Position numbers and translations under genes: made by a program. From the IMG/VR virus record IMGVR_UViG_3300032290_001086: 64,000 nt of DNA; one strand, 5' to 3'. How positions within the stretch are numbered: position 1 is the first letter of the stretch; each line of letters begins with the position of its first letter. The notes beneath the pieces are model-generated. The model was not told the origin of the DNA. It worked only from the letters and a program-made list of their open reading frames with translations, and did no database searches. Origin of the DNA: a virus (taxonomy: Duplodnaviria; Caudoviricetes). Shown one piece after another: positions 31,745 through 41,958 of the stretch.

Positions 31745-33136
31745 ATGTTTAATTCAGAACAACTACAAAGAAAGTGGGCTCCAATTCTTGAGCACACTGA
31801 TCTTTCCCCAATTTCAGATAGACACCGTAAAGCAGTAACCGCAGTTCTACTTGAGAACCAAGAAGCTTTTCTTCGTGAAGAGCGTGGAGTTCTTTCAGAA
31901 GTTGCTGCTAACAGCACTGGTTCATTCACCTCTGGTGGTGCAGGTGCAGGCGCACATGGCTTCTCTGGCGGTGCTGCTGCTGGCGGTCCTGTTGCAGGTT
32001 TCGACCCAGTTCTAATCAGCCTAATCCGCCGTTCAATGCCTAAGCTAATTGCTTATGACATTTGCGGTGTTCAACCAATGAGCGGTCCTACTGGACTAAT
32101 CTTCGCAATGCGTGCTCATCGTGGAACCGACCGTAATGGTGACGGCAACACTCCAAACGTATTCGATAACGAGACCTTCTTCAACGAAGTTCCTTCTGGT
32201 TTCTCTGCTGCTGGCGGTGCATACTCTGCTGCAACTGGCGAGACTGCAACCAATCCATCAGTTCTAAACGCTGCTTCTCCTGGCAACTATGCTGCAGTAG
32301 GTGGTATGAATACCAACTCTGCTGAAGCTCTAGGCGAATCAGGTTCTGAGTTCCGTGAAATGAGCTTCGGAATCGAGAAAGTAACTGTAACAGCAAAGAG
32401 CCGTGCTCTAAAAGCTGAGTACACCCTAGAACTAGCACAAGACCTCAAGGCTATCCATGGTCTTGATGCTGAGACTGAGCTTGCAAATATTCTCTCAACA
32501 GAGATTCTTGCAGAAATCAACCGTGAAGTAGTTCGTACAATCTACGTAACTGCTAAGCCTGGTGCTCAGAACAACGTAGCTAATGCTGGTTCTTTTGACC
32601 TCGACGTTGATTCCAACGGTCGTTGGTCTGTAGAGAAGTGGAAGGGACTCATGTTCCAAATCGAGCGTGATGCAAACGCAATCGGCCACTCAACTCGTAG
32701 AGGAAAGGGTAACTTCCTAATCTGTTCTGCAGACGTAGCAAGTGCTCTAGCTGCTGCTAAGCTTCTCGACTACACCCCACTTCTAAATCCAAACGAGACT
32801 CCAGATGACACTGCATCTACTCTCGCTGGTACAATCAACGGTCGTATCAAGGTATATGTTGACCCATATTCCGCAAACATCTCTAACGACCATTATTATG
32901 TAATGGGTTATAAGGGAACCAATGCATACGATGCAGGTCTCTTCTACTGCCCATACGTTCCTCTCCAGATGGTTCGTTCCATCGGTCAGGACACCTTCCA
33001 GCCTAAGATTGGCTTCAAGACCCGCTACGGCATGGTCGCAAACCCATTCGCTGGTGGAATCACTCAGCGTTCTGGCGCTCTAACTGCAAACGACAACGTT
33101 TACTACAGAAGAACCAGAGTTCTAAACCTAATGTGA
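31745..33136 (+). CDS. gp23: Major capsid protein gp23
   Basis: GVQPMSGPTGLIFAMR, AKSRALKAEYTLELAQDLKAIHGLDAE and FQPKIGFKTRYG. Confidence 0.99.
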   Translation: MFNSEQLQRKWAPILEHTDLSPISDRHRKAVTAVLLENQEAFLREERGVLSEVAANSTGSFTSGGAGAGAHGFSGGAAAGGPVAGFDPVLISLIRRSMPKLIAYDICGVQPMSGPTGLIFAMRAHRGTDRNGDGNTPNVFDNETFFNEVPSGFSAAGGAYSAATGETATNPSVLNAASPGNYAAVGGMNTNSAEALGESGSEFREMSFGIEKVTVTAKSRALKAEYTLELAQDLKAIHGLDAETELANILSTEILAEINREVVRTIYVTAKPGAQNNVANAGSFDLDVDSNGRWSVEKWKGLMFQIERDANAIGHSTRRGKGNFLICSADVASALAAAKLLDYTPLLNPNETPDDTASTLAGTINGRIKVYVDPYSANISNDHYYVMGYKGTNAYDAGLFYCPYVPLQMVRSIGQDTFQPKIGFKTRYGMVANPFAGGITQRSGALTANDNVYYRRTRVLNLM

Positions 33137-33153
33137 GTTAAATCACAAATAAC

Positions 33154-33182
33154 AAAAGGGGAGCCTTCGGGCTCCTTTTTTT
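33154..33182 (+). terminator. Rho-independent terminator after gp23
   Basis: GGAGCC-TTCG-GGCTCC stem with UUCG loop, followed by T7. Confidence 0.92.
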
Positions 33183-33206
33183 GTACCTAAATAAAAATAA
33201 AACGTC

Positions 33207-33743
33207 ATGGCAGCTAATTTTATTAATAATTCTGCTTGTCCAGTAAACTTTTTATCTGGAGTAGGATTTCAATTTCAACTAGTAAAATATCCTAAAGTAT
33301 CTTTTTATTGTCAGTCTGCTAATGTCCCTTCAATAAATTTAGCAGTAGCAGTTCAATCTACTAGATGGAATGCAGTACCCCATCCTGGAGATGAAATTTC
33401 ATTTGATGATTTAAATATAAGATTTTTAGTAGATGAAAAGTTACAAAATTACTCTACAATTCATAACTGGGTTAAAAATTTAGGTCATCCAGAATATGGG
33501 GGAGAAGTTAATGAATTACCAGGAGAAGATATTAATGATAAAACTTATAGTGATGGAATTCTGTTTATATTAGATTCAAACTTTAAAAGAAAATTCAAAG
33601 TTGTATTTAAAGACATGTTTCCAGTAAGTATAGGTGGATTAAATTTTGATTCTACTTACACAGACACAGAATATTTTGCAGTTGACGCAACTTTCAAGTA
33701 TACTATATACGATATCTACGACATTAATGACAAGAAACTATGA
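33207..33743 (+). CDS. gp3: Tail completion protein gp3
   Basis: NFLSGVGFQF...PKVSFYCQSANVP...LNIRFLVDE; usual position after gp23. Confidence 0.85.
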   Translation: MAANFINNSACPVNFLSGVGFQFQLVKYPKVSFYCQSANVPSINLAVAVQSTRWNAVPHPGDEISFDDLNIRFLVDEKLQNYSTIHNWVKNLGHPEYGGEVNELPGEDINDKTYSDGILFILDSNFKRKFKVVFKDMFPVSIGGLNFDSTYTDTEYFAVDATFKYTIYDIYDINDKKL

Positions 33744-34171
33744 TTGATATTGACTTTATTAAGGATCATTGGGCTCAAGACTCCAAGATGGATGAAGACC
33801 TACTCGATCACGAATCTATTAAAATTCCACAATTACATAGCAAGTATTTAAATTGGCTCTCTGATGTAAGACTTATTAAAATTAAAAAAGAACAAGATTA
33901 CAAAAAATTGCTCAAACAAAAATTTGAATATTATACTGGAAAATCAGATGCAGAAGTATACAAACAAAAACCATTTGATTTAAAAATACTTAAACAAGAT
34001 GTTCAACTTTATATTGAATCGGACGATGAAATTCAGTCATCTTTAAATAAACTAAATTATTATAAAGAAATGATATTTTTATTAGAAAATATTCTGAGTA
34101 ATATTAGTACTAGAGGATTTCAAATTAAAAATAGTATTGATTGGCAAAAATTCATGCAAGGAACTATTTAA
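33740..34171 (+). CDS. uvsY: Recombination mediator UvsY
   Basis: KIPQLHSKY...RGFQIKNSIDWQKF. Confidence 0.9.
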   Translation: MIDIDFIKDHWAQDSKMDEDLLDHESIKIPQLHSKYLNWLSDVRLIKIKKEQDYKKLLKQKFEYYTGKSDAEVYKQKPFDLKILKQDVQLYIESDDEIQSSLNKLNYYKEMIFLLENILSNISTRGFQIKNSIDWQKFMQGTI

Positions 34172-35640
34172 TGGCAGACGTTATTATCCAGAAAAAGAAC
34201 GAAACATATTTAACCGTAGAATGTGAACCACATATTAAATATGAGTTATCTGAATACTTCACATTTGATGTTCCAAATGCAAAATTTATGCCCCAATTTA
34301 AAAACAGATTGTGGGATGGAAAAATAAAACTATTCAGTCCAATGGATGGATCAATCTATTGTGGACTTTATAGTTATCTTACAGAGTGGCTATGTAGTAG
34401 GGGATATACATATCTCGATAAAGAAAATAAATTTTATGGAATGCCATCTGAGTCTTCTCATGATATAACTCCAGAAGGTCTTGTTGATTATGTAAAAACT
34501 TTAAATATTCCATTTAAAGTTAGAGACTATCAATACAAAGCAATATATCAAGCATTAAAAGATCAAAGAAAATTATTGCTTTCTCCTACTGCTTCTGGAA
34601 AATCTTTGATGATATATTCTATCGTTAGATATTACACAGATAAAAATTATAGAACTTTAATTATAGTTCCCACCACATCTCTTGTAGAACAATTAACTAA
34701 AGATTTTACTGAGTATGGTTGGAATTCAGATCATTATTGTCATAAAATTTATGCTGGAAAATTAAAGCAATCTACTAAACCAGTTACAATAACAACCTGG
34801 CAATCAATATATAAAATGCCAAAAACTTGGTATGAAACTTATGATGTTGTTATTGGAGATGAAGCTCATCAATTCAAAGCTAAGTCTTTAATTGGTATTA
34901 TGACAAAGTTGCACAACTGTAAGCATAGAATTGGATTCACTGGAACCCTAGATGGGACGAACGTAAACCAGCTAGTTTTGGAGGGATTATTTGGTCCAGT
35001 GAATAAAGTCATCAAAACTAAAAAATTAATTGAAAAAGGATACCTTTCTAATTTAAAGATAAACATACTTTTATTGCAACATGGGTATTCGTCATTTGAG
35101 TCGTATCAAGAGGAAATAGACTATATTTGTCGTCATGAAAGACGAAACAAATATATTAAAAATCTTGCTACAAATCAGAATGGAAATACTTTGGTATTAT
35201 TTTCCATGGTAGAAAAGCATGGTAGAGTGCTGTACGATTTAATAAATAGTGAAGTAGGTTCCACTAGAAAAGTATTCTTTGTATATGGTGGTGTTGATAC
35301 AGAAGAAAGAGAATTGATTCGCTCTTTAACAGAAAAAGAAACTGATGCCATCATTATTGCTTCTTACGGTACATTTTCCACTGGGATTAACATAAAAAAT
35401 TTACACAATGTTATTTTTGCTTCTCCTTCCAAATCAAGAATTAGAAATTTACAATCTATAGGTAGAGTTCTAAGAAAGGGTGAAAATAAATCAAAAGCTA
35501 AATTGTTTGATATTGCTGATGATTTTTCAAAAGGAGAAAAGAGAAATTATACATTAAATCATTTAATTGAACGAATTAAAACCTATTCACAGGAAAACTT
35601 TGAATATGAAATAATTCCCATAAACTTTAGTAAAGAATAA
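34171..35640 (+). CDS. uvsW: SF2 helicase UvsW
   Basis: SPTASGKS, DEAH and QSIGRVLR; ATG at 34171 overlaps the uvsY stop. Confidence 0.96.
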   Translation: MADVIIQKKNETYLTVECEPHIKYELSEYFTFDVPNAKFMPQFKNRLWDGKIKLFSPMDGSIYCGLYSYLTEWLCSRGYTYLDKENKFYGMPSESSHDITPEGLVDYVKTLNIPFKVRDYQYKAIYQALKDQRKLLLSPTASGKSLMIYSIVRYYTDKNYRTLIIVPTTSLVEQLTKDFTEYGWNSDHYCHKIYAGKLKQSTKPVTITTWQSIYKMPKTWYETYDVVIGDEAHQFKAKSLIGIMTKLHNCKHRIGFTGTLDGTNVNQLVLEGLFGPVNKVIKTKKLIEKGYLSNLKINILLLQHGYSSFESYQEEIDYICRHERRNKYIKNLATNQNGNTLVLFSMVEKHGRVLYDLINSEVGSTRKVFFVYGGVDTEERELIRSLTEKETDAIIIASYGTFSTGINIKNLHNVIFASPSKSRIRNLQSIGRVLRKGENKSKAKLFDIADDFSKGEKRNYTLNHLIERIKTYSQENFEYEIIPINFSKE

Positions 35641-35643
35641 ACT

Positions 35644-36042
35644 ATGGATGATTTTTACGGAATTTTAAAATTAGTAGACGGAACAGAACTAGTAGGTAAT
35701 GTACTTCCTTGCGAAGATAAGGATGGTTTCATTATTGAAAATCCATTTGAAGTTCTGGTAGAAAATGTAATGACTCCTTCAGGGGAAATGTATAAGGTTG
35801 ATTTACGAGCCTGGATTAAATTTTCAAAAGAAGATATATTTTTTATTGAAAAACAAAAAGTATTTACCGTTGCAGAAGCAGATGAGAAAATCCTAAGACT
35901 TTATAGAAGCACTCTAAAAAAGTATCTAAACCAATCAGATAACAATAGAGTTTCTTTAGATAAAGAATTAGGATTTAAAAATAAAATTAATGAAGCAAGA
36001 GAACTATTGGAGAAGTCCTTTAAACTTAATATAGATATTTAA
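35644..36042 (+). CDS. Conserved hypothetical protein (possible Sm-like beta fold)
   Basis: ILKLVDGTELVG...IENPF; conserved slot between uvsW and gp55. Confidence 0.7.
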   Translation: MDDFYGILKLVDGTELVGNVLPCEDKDGFIIENPFEVLVENVMTPSGEMYKVDLRAWIKFSKEDIFFIEKQKVFTVAEADEKILRLYRSTLKKYLNQSDNNRVSLDKELGFKNKINEARELLEKSFKLNIDI

Positions 36043-36068
36043 GTAATATTCTGACCCTTAACAGAGTC

Positions 36069-36097
36069 ATTATACACAAATCCAGAGGTCTTGTCAA
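36069..36097 (-). promoter_or_regulatory. Perfect sigma70 promoter on the minus strand (TTGACA-N17-TATAAT)
   Basis: Reverse complement reads TTGACA agacctctggatttgtg TATAAT. Confidence 0.8.
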
Positions 36098-36104
36098 GGG
36101 GGTA

Positions 36105-36133
36105 TTGCAAATCCTTGACAAGTGTGTTAAACT
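36105..36133 (+). promoter_or_regulatory. Sigma70-like early promoter for gp55 (TTGCAA-N17-TAAACT)
   Basis: 17-nt spacer, TG extended -10, 30 nt upstream of the gp55 ATG. Confidence 0.55.
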
Positions 36134-36162
36134 ACTAACAGTTGAATAGAAGTTTATTTTGA

Positions 36163-36639
36163 ATGAAGAAAAAAGAACACTACGTAAATAACAAAGATTT
36201 TTTAGATGCTTTAGTTGTTTATAGAAATGAAGTAAAAAAATCAGTAGAAGAAGGAAGGAACAAGCCAAAAGTTCCAAACTATGTTGGAGAGTGTTTTCTT
36301 AAGATTGCAACCCACCTTTCGTATCGTCCTAACTTTGTGAACTATATGTTCAAAGATGATATGATTTGTGATGGTATTGAAAATTGTCTTCAATATATTG
36401 ACAACTTTGACCCAGAAAAATCTACTAACCCCTTTGCATATTTTACTCAAATTATTTACTTTGCATTTCTAAGAAGAATTCAAAAAGAAAAGAAACAGCT
36501 TGAAATCAAATCTAAACTATTAGAACGTTCTGGATTTGATGAAGTATTTGCTGCAGATGACTCTATTATGGGATTTAATATGTCTGATATGAACAGCATC
36601 AAAGAAAACTTAGAATATCGTAATTACAACAACCGATGA
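36163..36639 (+). CDS. gp55: Late transcription sigma factor gp55
   Basis: HYVNNKDF, DMICDGIENC and NPFAYFTQIIYFAFLRRI. Confidence 0.96.
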   Translation: MKKKEHYVNNKDFLDALVVYRNEVKKSVEEGRNKPKVPNYVGECFLKIATHLSYRPNFVNYMFKDDMICDGIENCLQYIDNFDPEKSTNPFAYFTQIIYFAFLRRIQKEKKQLEIKSKLLERSGFDEVFAADDSIMGFNMSDMNSIKENLEYRNYNNR

Positions 36640-37688
36640 ACGCAGCTATTATTACAGACCAACATTTGGATGGAAGAAAAGGGTCTCAAGCTTTTTGGGA
36701 CTTTTTCATGAAATTCTATAATGAAATATTTTTTCCTACACTTGAAAAAAACAATATAAAAATTTTGTTTGATTTAGGAGATACTTTTGATAACAGAAAA
36801 AATATAGATTTTGCTGCTTGGTCTAGAATTAAAACTCAATATTATGATAGATTGCAAGAACTAGGTGTTCAAGTTCATATGATTGTTGGTAATCATACTG
36901 CATATTATAAGAACACTAATAGAATTAATACTCCAAGTTTATTATTAAATTCTTATGATAATATCACAATATACGATGAAATTTGTGATATTGATATTCT
37001 AGGTAATACCATTACAATGATTCCTTGGATTAATTCCGAAAATCAATCTAAAGTTATGTCTCATCTACAAAATACTAAATCTCAAGTATTGATGGGACAT
37101 TTAGAAATTACTGGATTTGAAGCACACCCAGGACATGTTTTTGAAGGTGGATTAGATAGAAGTATTTTCTCTAAATTTCCTCAAGTTTTTTCTGGTCACT
37201 TTCACCACAAATCAAGAGCAGAAAACATCTATTATCTAGGAAATCCTTATGAAATTACTTGGAGTGATTATAATGAAGAAAGAGGATTTCATTTGTATGA
37301 TTTAGATACTAGGAAATTAAAATTTATAAGAAACACATTTAGAATGTTTAAAAAGTTCTACTATGATGATAATAAAACTGATTATCTTTACGTAGACTTA
37401 ACTGAATACAAAGATTCTTATGTTAAAGTAATTGTAGAAAATAAATCAGACTCTTACATGTTTGATAAAGTAGTTGAAAAATTTTATTCTGTTGGCGTAC
37501 ATGATTTAAAAATAATTGAAGACAATTCAATGTTTAATTCTGATAGTGACGACACAGAAAGTATCGAGCATGAAGATACACTAACTACACTACAAAGATA
37601 CATAGAAGAAATGAAAGATAATTATGACAAGTCAAACTTGAAATCAATTATCAAATCAATATACATAGAAGCATGTGAAATACAATAA
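36636..37688 (+). CDS. gp47: Recombination endonuclease gp47 (Mre11/SbcD-like)
   Basis: Phosphoesterase motifs TDQH, LGDTFD, VGNH and SGHFH. Confidence 0.95.
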   Translation: MNAAIITDQHLDGRKGSQAFWDFFMKFYNEIFFPTLEKNNIKILFDLGDTFDNRKNIDFAAWSRIKTQYYDRLQELGVQVHMIVGNHTAYYKNTNRINTPSLLLNSYDNITIYDEICDIDILGNTITMIPWINSENQSKVMSHLQNTKSQVLMGHLEITGFEAHPGHVFEGGLDRSIFSKFPQVFSGHFHHKSRAENIYYLGNPYEITWSDYNEERGFHLYDLDTRKLKFIRNTFRMFKKFYYDDNKTDYLYVDLTEYKDSYVKVIVENKSDSYMFDKVVEKFYSVGVHDLKIIEDNSMFNSDSDDTESIEHEDTLTTLQRYIEEMKDNYDKSNLKSIIKSIYIEACEIQ

Positions 37689-37963
37689 TGTACATTCTAA
37701 CACTCAAAGGAAGAAAACATGAAGGTGCATATGCAGTAGAAACTTCTGATGGATGTAAAGTTCTTCAGCTTTTTGTTGACTGCGATGATGCATTTCGTTA
37801 TATTGGGCTGTTGGAAGCAGATGGATTTCCAGAAATGGAATCTTTAGAAATAGAAGAAGAAGATGCTATTGCAGCATGTGAGAATTTCGGCTATAATTAC
37901 TGTGTTATTACCCCTGAAGATTTCGTAATTCCTCCAGAGACTGTTAGTTATGATTTTATTTAA
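37688..37963 (+). CDS. DUF3110-like small protein
   Basis: EGAYAV...LF...DDAFRYIGLLEADGFP...VIPP matches the cyanobacterial DUF3110 pattern. Confidence 0.7.
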   Translation: MYILTLKGRKHEGAYAVETSDGCKVLQLFVDCDDAFRYIGLLEADGFPEMESLEIEEEDAIAACENFGYNYCVITPEDFVIPPETVSYDFI

Positions 37964-39665
37964 AAATGTTACTTATTCCAACTTTCTTGCAGTAGGTAAT
38001 GTTCCAATATCAATAGATTTAAATTCAAATTCTACTACGTTGATAGTAGGTTCTAATGGAGCAGGTAAAAGTACAATTATAGAAGCTATAATTTTTGCTC
38101 TGTTTAATAAATCATTTAGAAAAGTAAATAAAAACCAATTAATTAATTCAATCAATGAAAAAGATTGTAAGGTAGAACTTGATTTTGTAATTGGTTCTAA
38201 AGAATATAAAATTATTCGTGGTCTTAAACCAAATATTTTTGAAATCTATATTGATGGAAAACCACTAGACCAACTTGCTGCAAATTCTGACCAACAAAAA
38301 TATCTTGAGCAAAATATTTTGAAATTGAATTACAAATCATTTACTCAGATTGTAATTCTTGGTTCTAGTACTTTTGTTCCATTCATGCAACTTCCTGCAG
38401 CACATCGCAGAGAAATCATTGAAGACCTTTTAGACATTCGTATTTTTTCAACGATGAATGTTATTCTAAAAGATAGAATTAAAACAAACAATGATAGCAT
38501 AAAGTCATACGATAATGAGATTGAATTCTTGAAAGAGAAAGTCAAAATGCAAAAGAATCATATTGATTATATTTCAAGTCAATCTCAAAAAAGTATTGAG
38601 GATAAAAAAACTCAAATTCAAGATTACGAAAATCAAATTGAAGACTGTGAGAAAGAATATGATAAAATTTGCACAGATTTGAGAAATAAAAATCAAGAAT
38701 TGGCAGACCTTCCTAAAATTAATATAAAAGATTTAGAAAAATATAAAACTAAGTTTCTAACTAAGTTGTCTGATTATGAAAATAATATAAATTTTTATAG
38801 TCAGAATGATACTTGTCCTACATGTCAACAAGAACTAACTACAGAAATTAAAACTAAACACATTAGTAAGTGCAACACTCAAATTGATAAATTGCAAAAA
38901 TCTATTGAAGAGGTAGAAACTAAGATAGAAGAATCTCAAAATATAATTAATAAATCTGAAAAAATTCTATCTGAGATTAATGAATTTACTGTTCAAATGG
39001 CATCCCAAAATTATAAATGTAAAGGTCTTTCAAAATTTATTGATTCGTTGAAAGATGAAATTGATAAAATATCAGAATCAGATAAGGACATTGCAATAGA
39101 AAAACAAAAATTAACTTCTCTTGCTTCTGAGGGATTGACACTCCAGAAAAAATTAGATAAGATGAAACATAATAAAAATCATTATGAAGTGGTTTCTAGT
39201 TTGTTAAAAGATACTGGGATTAAATCTAAAATTATTAAAAAATATCTTCCAGTAATGAATCAATTGATTAATAAGTATCTTCAATTAATGGATTTTTATG
39301 TCAACTTTAATCTTGATGAAAATTTTGAAGAGACTATAAAATCTAGGTTTAGAGATGATTTTAGTTACTCTTCTTTCTCTGAGGGAGAAAAAATGAGAAT
39401 TGATTTAGCTTTAATGTTTACTTGGAGAGCAATTGCAAAATTAAAAAATTCTGCAAACACTAATCTTCTTATTTTGGATGAAGTATTTGATAGTTCTCTT
39501 GATGGGGCAGGCACAGAAGATTTTCTGAGAATTATTCGTGGTGGAATTGATGAAGATACTAATATCTTTGTAATATCACATAAAGGAGATTTATTGCATG
39601 ATAAATTTGATAGAATCCTAAAATTTGAAAAAGTTAAAAACTTTAGTAAAGTAAAGGACATATAA
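37950..39665 (+). CDS. gp46: Recombination ATPase gp46 (Rad50/SbcC-like)
   Basis: Walker A GSNGAGKS, CPTC zinc hook, FSEGEK signature and LILDE. Confidence 0.96.
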   Translation: MILFKNVTYSNFLAVGNVPISIDLNSNSTTLIVGSNGAGKSTIIEAIIFALFNKSFRKVNKNQLINSINEKDCKVELDFVIGSKEYKIIRGLKPNIFEIYIDGKPLDQLAANSDQQKYLEQNILKLNYKSFTQIVILGSSTFVPFMQLPAAHRREIIEDLLDIRIFSTMNVILKDRIKTNNDSIKSYDNEIEFLKEKVKMQKNHIDYISSQSQKSIEDKKTQIQDYENQIEDCEKEYDKICTDLRNKNQELADLPKINIKDLEKYKTKFLTKLSDYENNINFYSQNDTCPTCQQELTTEIKTKHISKCNTQIDKLQKSIEEVETKIEESQNIINKSEKILSEINEFTVQMASQNYKCKGLSKFIDSLKDEIDKISESDKDIAIEKQKLTSLASEGLTLQKKLDKMKHNKNHYEVVSSLLKDTGIKSKIIKKYLPVMNQLINKYLQLMDFYVNFNLDENFEETIKSRFRDDFSYSSFSEGEKMRIDLALMFTWRAIAKLKNSANTNLLILDEVFDSSLDGAGTEDFLRIIRGGIDEDTNIFVISHKGDLLHDKFDRILKFEKVKNFSKVKDI

Positions 39666-39687
39666 GTAATCCTTATGGACCAACCCA

Positions 39688-39716
39688 TTGACTTGGTGGG
39701 TTGGTCTTGGTATTAT
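39688..39716 (+). promoter_or_regulatory. Sigma70-like early promoter (TTGACT-N17-TATTAT), -35 in the loop of a 10-bp hairpin (39678-39706)
   Basis: GACCAACCCA-ttgacttgg-TGGGTTGGTC inverted repeat; 17-nt spacer. Confidence 0.7.
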
Positions 39717-39739
39717 ATGGAGAACGAATTGAGGCTCTT

Positions 39740-41905
39740 ATGTCCGACATCCAACAGTCCAAAAGCATTCTTGCAAAACTTCTGGCAACTGAAAACCTAA
39801 CAGTAGAACATCGTTCGGTTTCAACCGCAAGTTTTGATACTCATAATCGTATTCTGACTCTTCCTATCTGGGACAAAACATCTAATGATGTATATGACCT
39901 TCTTGTTGGTCATGAAGTTGGTCATGCTCTCTATACTCCAGATTTGTATGGAAGCGACCTAAATCTTCCTCAGAGTTATCTGAATATTGTTGAGGATGCT
40001 CGTATTGAGAAGCTGATGAAACGAAAGTATCCTGGTCTTGCTCGTGCATTTTATCGTGGATATTCAGAACTGAATGACAAAGATTTCTTTGAGATTGATT
40101 CTATTGATATCAATACTTTAAAATTTATTGATAAAGTAAATCTATATTTTAAACTTGGCAATGTAAATAGTGGAGTATTTATTAATTTTACATCAGAAGA
40201 ACAAGTATTTGTAAACAAAATTGCTAAAGCAGAAACTTTTGAGGATGTAGTAGCTATTGTCAAAGAACTTGTTGAGCATACTGAGCAAGAAATGGAACTG
40301 CAAATTCAAATATCTCATGGAGATTCTGGAGAATCTGATGAAGAGAATGAGCAAATGGATTCCCAATCAATTGATTCTTCTGATAGTCAAGTAACTGAAA
40401 ATCAGAGTCAAAATTCTCCCGACAGTAGTTCTGATAAGAAAGAAGATTCTTCTTCTTCTGATAATGTTCAATCTTCATCTAACAATTCTGGAAAAGAAGC
40501 AGATTTTAATTCCAAGACAGATGATGCTTGGTCTAAAAATCAGAAGCAGCTTGCTTCAATGAATACAAATAATTATATTTATTTGTCACCTCCAGAAATT
40601 AATGTAGATACCCATATCATTAATTGGAGGGAGTTTGCCGAAGACCTTCCAAATATTTTTAAAGAGATTATTTCCAGTGCTTCGTATGGGTATAATGGAA
40701 AGGAGTATTATCGTAAAATGTTTAATACCGCAGATAGTTCTTATAAAAAATACAAAGAAGAGTGCAAGAAATCAGTCTCATATCTAATTAAAGAATTTGA
40801 GATGAAAAAGAAAGCAACTGAATATAATCGTTCAGCTACTGCTGCAACTGGTATTCTTGATACCAATAAGATGTATTCATACAAATGGAATGATGACATT
40901 TTCAAAAAAGTTACTGTAGTTCCTAAAGGTAAATCTCATGGACTTCTCATGCATGTAGATTGGTCTGGGTCTATGCAAGGAAATCTTGTTGGCACCATCA
41001 AGCAACTATTCAACCTAATTCAATTTTGTAAGAAAGTTCAAATTCCTTTTGAAGTTTATTCTTTTAACGACAAAAATGTAGCAAAAAATTATGCTCAAAT
41101 TTCTAGGAGCAAAAAGTTAAAGATTCAAGATAACCAGATTTATATTAGTGATGATTTTCTTCTGGTGAATTTGTTCAGCAGTAAAATGAATAGTGCTCAA
41201 CTAGAAAAGCAAATGCAATATGTTTGGAAACTTGCATATGCACTAGACCATCGAGTTTATTTAACTCATCAGTATTCTCATTATGATTTGGGAAGCACTC
41301 CTCTGAATGAATCTGTATTTGCTTCTATTCCTCTGTTTCATAAATTCAAATCTACTTATAAGGTAGACAAAGTAAATACAGTATTTCTTACTGATGGAGA
41401 ATCTAATTCAGTTTCTTACAATCGACCATCACATTCAGGTGCATCCAGGAATATTGTCCATGCTGGATGGAATTCTGCAAATGATATTCTTTGTTTTCAG
41501 GATAGAAAGAATAAAATTACAATGATGGATATTAATAAGAATGGAAGTATTGGAGTTACATCTTGTTTTGTAGATTATTATCGCCAGGTAACTGGTTCAA
41601 ATGTAGTTGGATTTAGGTTGATTGAATTTTATCAGGCAAAAACTTTCTTGACTCGTTATTTGAAACCTGAGTACTCTTCTTGGAGTGATGTATCAACTGA
41701 ATGGTTAAAGACAAAATCATTTACTTCAACCTCACTAGGGTATAACGAACTATATTTTATTCAAATTGATGATGGCATTTCTACTCAAACTGAAGAAACA
41801 GAACCTGCTCCTGTCACTAATGTTGCGGTAGCATTTAAAAAGCAAATGGGTAGGAAAGCGTTCAATAAAATCATCTTATCTAAATTCATCGAGCAAATCG
41901 CTTGA
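39740..41905 (+). CDS. Metallopeptidase-like (HEVGH) plus vWA/MIDAS protein, CobT-like partner of the AAA+ ATPase
   Basis: HEVGH...NIVEDARIE, acidic Ser-rich linker, and MIDAS motifs DWSGS, STPL and LTDGE; ATG at 39740 follows GAGG. Confidence 0.8.
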   Translation: MSDIQQSKSILAKLLATENLTVEHRSVSTASFDTHNRILTLPIWDKTSNDVYDLLVGHEVGHALYTPDLYGSDLNLPQSYLNIVEDARIEKLMKRKYPGLARAFYRGYSELNDKDFFEIDSIDINTLKFIDKVNLYFKLGNVNSGVFINFTSEEQVFVNKIAKAETFEDVVAIVKELVEHTEQEMELQIQISHGDSGESDEENEQMDSQSIDSSDSQVTENQSQNSPDSSSDKKEDSSSSDNVQSSSNNSGKEADFNSKTDDAWSKNQKQLASMNTNNYIYLSPPEINVDTHIINWREFAEDLPNIFKEIISSASYGYNGKEYYRKMFNTADSSYKKYKEECKKSVSYLIKEFEMKKKATEYNRSATAATGILDTNKMYSYKWNDDIFKKVTVVPKGKSHGLLMHVDWSGSMQGNLVGTIKQLFNLIQFCKKVQIPFEVYSFNDKNVAKNYAQISRSKKLKIQDNQIYISDDFLLVNLFSSKMNSAQLEKQMQYVWKLAYALDHRVYLTHQYSHYDLGSTPLNESVFASIPLFHKFKSTYKVDKVNTVFLTDGESNSVSYNRPSHSGASRNIVHAGWNSANDILCFQDRKNKITMMDINKNGSIGVTSCFVDYYRQVTGSNVVGFRLIEFYQAKTFLTRYLKPEYSSWSDVSTEWLKTKSFTSTSLGYNELYFIQIDDGISTQTEETEPAPVTNVAVAFKKQMGRKAFNKIILSKFIEQIA

Positions 41906-41930
41906 CTTCCACCCCTCTTTCCCCTATACT
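41902..41930 (+). promoter_or_regulatory. Sigma70-like early promoter (TTGACT-N17-TATACT)
   Basis: 17-nt spacer; upstream of GAGGT RBS and the ATG at 41959. Confidence 0.75.
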
Positions 41931-41958
41931 ACTTTCATACCAAACGAGGTACTTAATT

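Noticed and set aside
36026-36277. 83-aa minus-strand ORF as the target of the antisense promoter
   Set aside because: It starts upstream of the promoter, inside gp55, so that promoter cannot express it.
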